This document shows positions 10,052 through 19,000 of a stretch of DNA of 64,000 nucleotides, one piece after another. Under the pieces are notes generated by a model that saw only the letters and a program-made list of their open reading frames with translations, did no database searches and was not told the DNA's origin. Each line of letters opens with the position of its first letter. Within the stretch, counting starts at the first letter, position 1. Where the stretch lies: assembly GCA_048938855.1 (NCBI GenBank), contig JBHLLT010000001.1:96001-160000 (forward strand), given 5' to 3'. A program made the position numbers and the translations under genes. The DNA is from Promethearchaeota archaeon. GTDB lineage: Archaea; Asgardarchaeota; Lokiarchaeia; Sigyniarchaeales; SOKP01.

Positions 10052-11776
10052 TTATTTAATTTCTCCTCTTTCCCTCATCTTAGAGATTTCTTCATCTCTA
10101 AGTTTTCTCTTAAAAAGTTTCATAACCATTGTTAGGGGTAGATCTTTCCTAAATTCGACATATTTAGGCACTGCATAAGGTTTCACTTTAGGTTTCAAGT
10201 AGTCGATTATATCTTGTTCAGTTACTTTTCCTTCATATTCTTTATTAAGAGCTACAAATGCCTTTACTCTTTCACTACCAGGCCTTTCTGGATCTGGTAC
10301 TCCAATTACCCCTGCAACTTTAACTGCAGGATGCTCATGTAGAATATCATCAATTACTCTAGAATATACCTTATTACCAGATACATTAATCATGTCTTTG
10401 ATACGATCTTCAATGTAGAAATAACCATCTTCATCCATTCTTCCAATATCACCCATCCTGAGCCATCCATCCTCAGTTAAACCTTTTTTTGCTGTGGGCC
10501 AATATCCTTTCATAAGTTGAGGGCCACGGACCCAAATTTCCCCCGATCCACCAAATGGAACCTCTTCTTCCGTTGTTGGATCTACAATTTTTACTTCCGT
10601 ATCAGGTAAAGGTACACCTACCCCAGTTTTCTTCTTTAGCATGATTCCAGTAACTTTAGAAAGAGGTGAAATATTAACCGTTGAGACTGCTGTAGTTTCT
10701 GTAGCACCGTACCCTTCTCCCATTGGAATACCAGTTTTATTCTCAAAATGACCGACAACTTCCTCGGGTATGGGTGCCGCCCCTGATAGATAAAAAATGG
10801 ATGCTTTAGGTATATCCAAATCTAAGAATCTTATGTAATGTGCAGGAACTGCGGTTACCATGAAAGGACGATTTTTTTTTATTGTTTCTACAATTCTAAA
10901 CATATCTCTCGGATCCAGTAAAAAGATTTTTAGTCCCCATGAGATGCTGGCGTGAATAGCGAGATGCCCGTATGCGTGGAAAATAGGAACACAAACTACA
11001 ACAGCAGCTTTTCCAATAATCCCGGGTTTAATTGGATCCATCATCCAATGTATACATTGAATTACATTAGTGGTAATATTATAATGAGTTAACATTGTAC
11101 CTTTTGGAAGGCCTGTTGTACCCCCTGTAAAAGGTAAAAGAGCGAGATCTTCCATTGGATCTATTTCAACCGCTTTTTCAAGAGGCTCATACTTTTCAAG
11201 TAAATCCAAAAATGAAAAATATCCTTCATCGGAGATTTCTTCCATTTCAAGTAATTTATAATCAGGAAATATTCTTGTTGGAGTATAAATAATAGTGTTT
11301 ATTTCAACTTCATCTTTTACTTCATTAATACGTTCAAGACGTCTATAAGAGCAAACTACAGTTTTACCTCCACATTCTTTTATCTCATGGATTAAATCAC
11401 CCGTTTTATGTAAAATACTTAATGGAACATGCACAGCTCCAATTTTAAGCGCAGCGTAATCTACAAAAATAAATTCAGGGCAGGAAGGTAGAACAGAAAC
11501 CACTTTATCTCCTTTTTTTAAGCCTAGATCTAAAAAAGCATTTGCTAGCTTATCAACTTTTAATTTCAATTCCTTATATGTAATTTCTTCATCAAGATAG
11601 ACACAAGCTATATTATCAGGATATTTATTTGCACTATCTTCAAGAAATTGATATATATTGATTTTAGGATATGGCTCCATTGAATGTTTTAGCTTAAAAG
11701 GTCCCACAAAATATGATTTTAACCAAGGTTTATCTGCATAAGAATACTTTTTTTCTTCACCCATTATTCTCACCAT
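10052..11776 (-). CDS. Long-chain fatty-acid--CoA ligase (AMP-binding)
   Basis: FTGGTTGLPKG, EGYGATET, GDIG, DRIKDMINVSG. Confidence 0.9.
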   Translation of the reverse strand: MVRIMGEEKKYSYADKPWLKSYFVGPFKLKHSMEPYPKINIYQFLEDSANKYPDNIACVYLDEEITYKELKLKVDKLANAFLDLGLKKGDKVVSVLPSCPEFIFVDYAALKIGAVHVPLSILHKTGDLIHEIKECGGKTVVCSYRRLERINEVKDEVEINTIIYTPTRIFPDYKLLEMEEISDEGYFSFLDLLEKYEPLEKAVEIDPMEDLALLPFTGGTTGLPKGTMLTHYNITTNVIQCIHWMMDPIKPGIIGKAAVVVCVPIFHAYGHLAIHASISWGLKIFLLDPRDMFRIVETIKKNRPFMVTAVPAHYIRFLDLDIPKASIFYLSGAAPIPEEVVGHFENKTGIPMGEGYGATETTAVSTVNISPLSKVTGIMLKKKTGVGVPLPDTEVKIVDPTTEEEVPFGGSGEIWVRGPQLMKGYWPTAKKGLTEDGWLRMGDIGRMDEDGYFYIEDRIKDMINVSGNKVYSRVIDDILHEHPAVKVAGVIGVPDPERPGSERVKAFVALNKEYEGKVTEQDIIDYLKPKVKPYAVPKYVEFRKDLPLTMVMKLFKRKLRDEEISKMRERGEIK

Positions 11777-11798
11777 AAAAAAAATAAATCGAGAAAAA

Positions 11799-13676
11799 TT
11801 AAAAAATTAAATCAATAGTCCAATCTAATCCAAGCTCTTTAAGTTTCTCCTTAGTTGGAATACCATTTTTATCCCAACCACGAAATTCATAATAACTATC
11901 TAGAAGGGGCGCTAGATTAACTGTTTGTCCTTTCCCGGGTCCTTCGGGGAGAGGTTCCTCTAATAAACGAGCAGGAAGTGTATCATCTTTCCTATCTAAT
12001 CCTTCTCTTACATTATAGACCCTAGCAAGATTAAAAAGTCTTTCACCAGTTTTTCGAAAATCTGATGCTGTAAATGAATATCCTAATAATTTAGATATTA
12101 AAGCTGCCCAATCATCAGCACTTAGAACAATACCCATAAATTTACAACCCCCAATTGCATCAAATACGCTAAACCCATCTTCTAATTCCTTTAGAATAAA
12201 TGTTTTTTCTGGGATTTCTTGAAGTGGATCACCTACATCAGCATCATCAATCAACATAAAAGGCATCGATAAAAATGCAGGGCCTTCAATCCAAGCAGTA
12301 ATATGATCACCTCCTCGATTTGCTGTAGCATATGCTAATCCCGTGATTTTAGCGGCTCTACTATCATATGCGGGAAGTTCTAACCCTTTAACTTGCATAG
12401 CAAATTTAATTGAATCTTTATCTAATTTTTGTGCCATTATTCTTGTTCCCTCTGCTAATAAATCACCAATTCCCTCCCTTTTACTTATTTTTGCTAGGAG
12501 ATCAATCATTACATCAGCATCCCCAAATTTTAATTCAATTCCTCCAGTTTGTTCGTTTGTTAATATTCCTTTCTCATAGCATTCCATTGAAAAACCTATT
12601 ACATTTCCAGCGGATATTGTATCAAGTCCATATTCATTACATAGAAAATGGGCATATGTAATCGCTTCTAAATCATCAATACCGCACATAGTCCCTAGAG
12701 CTCCTATTGACTCGTATTCTGGTCCTTCTCCTTGACTCTTATATTTTCCTTCCTTAATTTCAGCAAGACGCCCACAAGCAATGGGGCAAGCGAAACATGG
12801 TTTTCGATCAGTAAGAATTGTTTCATTGATTGCTGTTCCATTTATTTTTTCCATATTAGGAAAAACACCAGTTTGCCAGTTTCTTGTAGGTAGCCCACCT
12901 TTAATTCCAACTAAATCAACCATAGTAGCTGTTCCATATACCTCAAGAGTCATTTTTAATAGACTTTGATTTACCCAGTCATACCTTTGTTTTGCTTCTT
13001 CTTTGTATTCGTCTGGATTTGCTACTTGAATTTTAGCATTACCTTTAGCAGCAAGAGCTTTAACTCTTTTAGAGCCCATTACAGCTCCCACTCCGCATCT
13101 TCCAGCAGCACGTCCCCAATATGGTTTATCGCAATCATTCATTATTGCGGCATATTTAACAAGATTTTCTCCTGAAATACCAATACATGAGACATTAAAT
13201 TTATCTCCCAGTTCTTCTTTTATGATTTTTGTTGTTTCAGAGGTATTTTTACCCCAAAGATGACTAGCATCCTTCAATTCAGCCTTTCCATCTTCTGTAA
13301 CTAAATAAACAGGCTTTGGAGAAATTCCCTCGAATATAACGCCATCGAAGCCTGATCTTTTTAGGTCACGCCCCCAAAATCCCGCAGAATTTGCTTCTGC
13401 CCAAATACCTGTGAGGGGAGATTTTGTCACTACAGCATATCTTCCTGTACTTGGTGAGGGTGTTCCTGTTAAAGGTCCTGTCATAAAAATTAATTTATTT
13501 TCTGGTCCTAATGGCTCGATTCCTTTTGGTACTTCTTCTAACAAATATTTTGTAGCTAATCCTGCTCCTCCTATGTATAATTTTAAAGTCTCTTCATCTG
13601 GAAATTCTTCGCTAATTTTCCCAGTTGTCAAATCAACCCTTAGAATCTTTCCCATATAACCGTATATCTTTTTCAC
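11799..13676 (-). CDS. aor: Aldehyde:ferredoxin oxidoreductase (tungsten AOR family)
   Basis: GYMGKILRVDLT, TKSPLTG, AAGRCGVGAVMGSK, CFACPIACG, EGPEYE, GLDTIS, YYEFRGWD. Confidence 0.93.
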   Translation of the reverse strand: MKKIYGYMGKILRVDLTTGKISEEFPDEETLKLYIGGAGLATKYLLEEVPKGIEPLGPENKLIFMTGPLTGTPSPSTGRYAVVTKSPLTGIWAEANSAGFWGRDLKRSGFDGVIFEGISPKPVYLVTEDGKAELKDASHLWGKNTSETTKIIKEELGDKFNVSCIGISGENLVKYAAIMNDCDKPYWGRAAGRCGVGAVMGSKRVKALAAKGNAKIQVANPDEYKEEAKQRYDWVNQSLLKMTLEVYGTATMVDLVGIKGGLPTRNWQTGVFPNMEKINGTAINETILTDRKPCFACPIACGRLAEIKEGKYKSQGEGPEYESIGALGTMCGIDDLEAITYAHFLCNEYGLDTISAGNVIGFSMECYEKGILTNEQTGGIELKFGDADVMIDLLAKISKREGIGDLLAEGTRIMAQKLDKDSIKFAMQVKGLELPAYDSRAAKITGLAYATANRGGDHITAWIEGPAFLSMPFMLIDDADVGDPLQEIPEKTFILKELEDGFSVFDAIGGCKFMGIVLSADDWAALISKLLGYSFTASDFRKTGERLFNLARVYNVREGLDRKDDTLPARLLEEPLPEGPGKGQTVNLAPLLDSYYEFRGWDKNGIPTKEKLKELGLDWTIDLIF

Positions 13677-13871
13677 ACCTCAATACAATTTTTAGTTTAC
13701 TTTTTTTTTATCGAGTAATTAAAAATTTCGATTAATTATTCTTATTTCTTTAATTATAAAATAATTTCTATTTTTCAAACTAACTAATAATAATACTTTA
13801 CTTTCAATGTTAAAAGACGAATTTAAAAGCATTAAAATAAAAAGGTAAGATATTAAAAAAATTAAATAAAT

Positions 13872-15011
13872 TTAGACACCAATTCCAATAGTATTGCCAA
13901 TACCAGCAATAATAATTTTTGAGCCTTTAATTGTCCGTTTTCGAATAGCTATCTTTATTTTTTCAACGAATTTTGGGACAGATTGAGTAATTGGTCGTTT
14001 CATGGTTGTAATAGCATCTTCCAACGATTGTTTACAAATTAGAGCATCAATCGGAATTGATTTACCTGTTGATGATTCTTCAATGTAATGCTTTTCAATA
14101 CCAATTCCTCCAATCGCAGCACCAACTCCAACTGCCATGGAACCCGTTTTATCTCCTGTAAGTTTTAAACCAGCATCAATCATAATTATTCTTGATATCG
14201 AATCACCGTGTTGATCGATTAATTCCTTGATGGCTTTGCCTGGTTTTCCAACGGTACCACCTGGACCTTTAGCTCGAACGATATATATTGTTCTTTCTTC
14301 AAATTCTAATTCTTGTACGATTGTATCTCTTTCAACTTCATTAGCAACAATATCATTATTTACAACTGACCTTACAAAACTTGCAGCAACTAGCGGTCCA
14401 AGTCCATCTCCTATAGGACTTCCTTCTGAGAAAGCCTTAGCTGCATGATAATAGGCTTTAGCCATGGTCATAATTAATCCTAACTGGTATGAAATTTGAA
14501 GTAGCAGTATCATTGATTTAGATTTCTTTCCTAAAATTAGGTAGTGTCGGATTAATCTATAAATAAAGTCAATTGCCATTGTTGCCTCCAATAAATTCTC
14601 TAAATTAGCTCTTTGTACAATATCAGCATTTGGGGCTAAAAATTCAACTTCTTCCTTGAACCTATTGTCTCTTACATCAACAATATGATCAAATTTGGGA
14701 ACAATTCCATATGGATCGAGAGATACAGGGGAAATGGTTACGAAAGTAAGAAAATCTTCAAGCTGAAGCATTAAATCCTTTTGAGTCTTTTTTTTATTTG
14801 CGAATTCTTTAAAGTTTGTAATTAATATTTCTTTACATTCATCATTCCATTTTTTTAATTTCTCTAGGGCAGCTTGGATTTGTCTAGATGCTATCCATGC
14901 CTGTAGTTTTTGCCCATAAAACATAGAAATAAAAATAAGCAAAAACCATAATAAAGATATTATGAGAGAAATCGGATCTGTGCCTGTGGTTCCTTGATAA
15001 ATATTATTCAT
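13872..15011 (-). CDS. DUF1512-family membrane-anchored protein
   Basis: N-terminal TM; PVSLDPYGIV, PIGDGLGPLVA, GPGGTVGKPG, IMIDAGLK, C-terminal GIGNTIGIG. Confidence 0.8.
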   Translation of the reverse strand: MNNIYQGTTGTDPISLIISLLWFLLIFISMFYGQKLQAWIASRQIQAALEKLKKWNDECKEILITNFKEFANKKKTQKDLMLQLEDFLTFVTISPVSLDPYGIVPKFDHIVDVRDNRFKEEVEFLAPNADIVQRANLENLLEATMAIDFIYRLIRHYLILGKKSKSMILLLQISYQLGLIMTMAKAYYHAAKAFSEGSPIGDGLGPLVAASFVRSVVNNDIVANEVERDTIVQELEFEERTIYIVRAKGPGGTVGKPGKAIKELIDQHGDSISRIIMIDAGLKLTGDKTGSMAVGVGAAIGGIGIEKHYIEESSTGKSIPIDALICKQSLEDAITTMKRPITQSVPKFVEKIKIAIRKRTIKGSKIIIAGIGNTIGIGV

Positions 15012-15131
15012 CTCTTTGTTAAAATTAAAGATTGATCTAAAATATCAACCTTCTAAATTTTTATAATAAAAAAATTTATTTATTCTTTTCGATTATAAAG
15101 CATTAGAAAACAAGATAATTCGGCATGTTAT

Positions 15132-15572
15132 ATGATTGAAGACGAAGATGATGAGGATGTTTTAAAAAAAGGTATAACACTTAAAAGCATTTTAAAAAAC
15201 CTTGCGTTTATTTTACTTATTGTAGTTGGTATCTTATTAATATATGTAGATTTTGGATTTGACCAATTAACAAGATGGTCAATTGGTTTCATGCTAATTT
15301 GTTTTGGAGCAACATTAATACAATTCCAGAAAAGTCCTGCTGAACCTGTTAGACAGACTTTAACAATTTTAATCTGTAAATTATGTGGACTTACTAAAGT
15401 CAGAAATTATCAAAAAGGAGACTTTGTCTTTAAAAAATTGGATAGATGTGATAAATGTAATAACTCAATGGAAATAAAACAAATATATTCCGTGAGATTA
15501 AAAAGTCACACTGAGAAATCTAAAACACAAGAAGATAAGAAAGAAGATTTAAAAGTTAAAAAAGAAAATTAA
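15132..15572 (+). CDS. Two-TM membrane protein with C-terminal zinc ribbon
   Basis: Two hydrophobic helices, then CKLC..RNYQKGDFVFK..CDKC..MEIKQIY. Confidence 0.7.
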   Translation: MIEDEDDEDVLKKGITLKSILKNLAFILLIVVGILLIYVDFGFDQLTRWSIGFMLICFGATLIQFQKSPAEPVRQTLTILICKLCGLTKVRNYQKGDFVFKKLDRCDKCNNSMEIKQIYSVRLKSHTEKSKTQEDKKEDLKVKKEN

Positions 15573-15593
15573 TACTATCATCTTCTAATTTGT

Positions 15594-15599
15594 GTGGTG
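15594..15599 (+). promoter_or_regulatory. Shine-Dalgarno-like GTGGTG before the putative ATT start of coaD
   Basis: GTGGTG ends 8 nt before ATT 15608 in an otherwise AT-rich spacer. Confidence 0.45.
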
Positions 15600-15607
15600 T
15601 TTTTTAG

Positions 15608-16054
15608 ATTCTAAAGAAAGTTGGGTTAGGTGGAACTTTCGATCATCTACATGAAGGTCATAAATTCCTTTTAAGAACTGCCTTATCTGTAGCCGAATTT
15701 GTAGAAATCGGATTAACCTCCCAAGATTTACTGAAAAATAAACAATTTACATCAAAATTAGAAGATTATAAAACAAGAAAAGAAAATTTGTTAATGTATA
15801 TTGAATCTATTGCTGATTTAAAACGTATAAAAATAGTTGAAATACGAAACTGGACAGATATGGATAAATATGCTCAAGATCCTGAATATGAAGGACTAGT
15901 TGTCAGTTTTGAAACATATGAAAATGCCCAAAAATTAAATGAAAATAGGGAAAAAGAAGGATTAAATCCTCTCGTTTTAATTGTTATTCCACTTCTCAAA
16001 GATAAAGATAATATAAAAATCAGTTCTACTTCAATAAGAGAAAAATTAATATAA
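15608..16054 (+). CDS. coaD: Archaeal phosphopantetheine adenylyltransferase (extends 60 codons upstream of the ORF-track start)
   Basis: Frame is open from ATT at 15608: ILKKVGLGGTFDHLHEGHKFLL..IGLTS..LVVSFET..N..R..GL.PL..ISSTSIR. Confidence 0.85.
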   Translation: MLKKVGLGGTFDHLHEGHKFLLRTALSVAEFVEIGLTSQDLLKNKQFTSKLEDYKTRKENLLMYIESIADLKRIKIVEIRNWTDMDKYAQDPEYEGLVVSFETYENAQKLNENREKEGLNPLVLIVIPLLKDKDNIKISSTSIREKLI

Positions 16055-16076
16055 TAAAAAAGAATATTTTGAAGAT

Positions 16077-19000
16077 CTAGAAGTCTTTAGTAATTTTATC
16101 AATTCTTTTTTTTTTTTCATCTATAAAGATTCTTGATTTGTTTCTGTCGTGGAGAATTGAAGCAGCAAAAATAGATATCGCAATTCCGATTGAAGCTACC
16201 AGGATTATTGAGAGGGTTAATGGTACTGAAATTTCAGAAATTCGGTCAGGGGTGTTATATAAATTTACTACATTGGTCTGTTCTGATTCAATATTGCCTA
16301 CTAAATCAAATGCTTGATATGTGATAAGATAATCTCCCGGTGAAAACCCCGATAATCTGAAAGCTCCTGAATAAATTATCCAACTAGAGCTATTAATCCT
16401 GTATCTTATTATAGATACGCCAGATTCAAAATGATCGTCTGCTATAAGGTAAAAAACTGTTAAGTCAGTCACTACATTTAAACCAGAATAGGGCGTAAAT
16501 AAGAGAGTAGTGTTAGGAGGACTAAGATCTTTATTTATTGTTATTTTAGCATAACTTTCTTGACCAAATGTATCATTAGCATAAAATTTTATTGTAACGG
16601 GTCCATGTCCGTAATTTTCCCACTCCAATTGATTAATAGTTCCCGATAAACCTTCAAAAGTGATTTTAGTCATTCCATTATCTAATGTGTACCATTTTGC
16701 ATCTAAATATAAACTTGTGATTGAAACTTCAAAATATGGAGCATTATATCCATAGAAATCCCCAGCTTGAGGAAAATTTATTGAAATTTGAGGAGGAGCT
16801 ATCGGTATGTTTAATGTAAAATATCTTATGTCCGATGAATAGAAATATCCTAAGGAATTATTCCCAAACAATTGAATTGAATGAAGTCCATTATCTAACA
16901 TGGGTAATGTGATATTTCCAATAATAGTGATATTATTATTACCATCTAAAGAATATCCTATCCATTTAAAATTAGGTGTTTTTTCAAAACTTAGTAATAA
17001 ACCTTCATTAAAATTATCTCCAATGGCATAATATGGGTCCCATGAAAAGCCAATAGCATCTATATAAAAATTGTAATCGACTCCTCCTGCCCCACCCGAA
17101 TAAAATTCAATACCACCAATGTTGTTGACTGGATTCCAAAAATTACCATTTGTAATTTTTTGTACACCATTAACTGAAACATTTATTTTATCAGTATCAC
17201 AATTAAATTCTAACTTAATATGATACCAGGTATTAGGGGTATAGTCTTGAATATTTTGACTCGCACCATCACAATATTGTAGCCATCCATTATAATTAAA
17301 AGCAATATAGGTAGCATACGCACCAGAAACATCATTTTCTCGAAAAGCAACATAACTCTGCCTTAAAGCAGATATTCTCATCCACCATTCAACTTCTCCA
17401 TGAATTTGTGTTGAACAAAGATCTCTTCTCATATAAGCTATATTGGTATTATCATTATCATAGAATTCAGCCACTTTATGATGCCCATCTAAACCAGAGA
17501 TAATTTGAAATGTGGTTCCAGACTCTTCTTCAATCTTCCATCCATTTGGATAAGAACCATCTCTAGTATCTTCAAATCCATATGTAGCTGGATAATATCC
17601 ACTCATTGGTTCTGTATAGGTAATATTTTCAGGAGTAATTATATTGAGATAATAGGAAGTATTAATTGTAAAATATCTAATGTCAGACTCGTAAAAAGTT
17701 CCTATAGAATTATTGCTAAAAACTTGGATGGTGTGTATTCCATCTAAACTAGGATATGGAAATGTAGTATTTCCTAGAATCGTTTTATTGGTTTGTCCAT
17801 CTAAAGAATATCCTATCCATTCTGGAGTAAAGTTAGTTTCAAGACTAAGTAATAAACCTTCATTCTCATTATCTCCAATCTCATAATTTGGATCCCATGA
17901 GTATCCAACAGCATCTACATAATGATGATATCCTGAGACAAAATTGCCACTATTAAAATCGATTCTATTGAAATTATCCCCTGTAACAACTGCTTCAAAA
18001 GTAAAGTCAGTCCCACTCTGTTTTAAATTACCCTGATCATCAAAAATAGAAAAACTATAGGTATCTGTACTCATATTGATGTCTACTGAAACCAAATACC
18101 ATGTATCTGCTGAATAGGTAAAACCATAATACCAATTACCCTGATCATGATAACGCAACATTGAATTATCATATAATGAAAGGGTTATCAATCTAATAGA
18201 ATTTTCAAATACCATAAAATGAGTTATTTTACTTGTACTTGTAACTCTCCACCAAAATTCAATAGTTCCGCTTGTTTGATTATCAATATCTTGCGAGAAA
18301 CCACAACTTATCCCTGAACCTGCTGAAGTTTTATAAATGTCTACTATTTTATTATGACCTCCTATATTTGCCTCAATGGAGACTTGGCCTCCGATATCAA
18401 CAACTGTCCATCCTTGTGGATTTTCGCCATTACCTGAATCTTCAAACCCATACGTAGCTGGATAATAACCACTCATTGGTTCTGTATAGGTAATATTTTC
18501 AGGAGTAATTATATTGAGATAATAGGAACTATTAATTGTAAAGTATCTAATATCAGATTCATACATAGTTCCAATTGAATCATTACCAAAAACTTGTATG
18601 GTGTGTATCCCATTTAAACTAGGATATGGAAATGTCGTATTTCCTAGAATCGTTTTATTTAATTGGTTATCTAATGAATATCCTATCCATTCTGGAGTAA
18701 AGCTAGTATCAAAACTAAGTAATAAGCCTTCATTCACATTATCTCCAATCTCATAATTTGGATCCCATGAATATCCGATAGCATCAATATACATATTATA
18801 ACTAGTATGAGCTGTAGAAGTACTCATATAGAAATTATCACTATAAAATTCATTACTTTGGAATGGCATCTCAGCTGATTCTACCCCATCTATCCAACAC
18901 TTCCATGTATACTGATCTAGTCCCAAATAATTTCCAGTAGTACATTCAAAAGCAATTCTAATATGGTACCATGTATTATCTAATGGTGCAGGCATGTTAC

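Noticed and set aside
15608-16054. coaD pseudogene
   Set aside because: The frame is open with all motifs intact; only the start codon is atypical.
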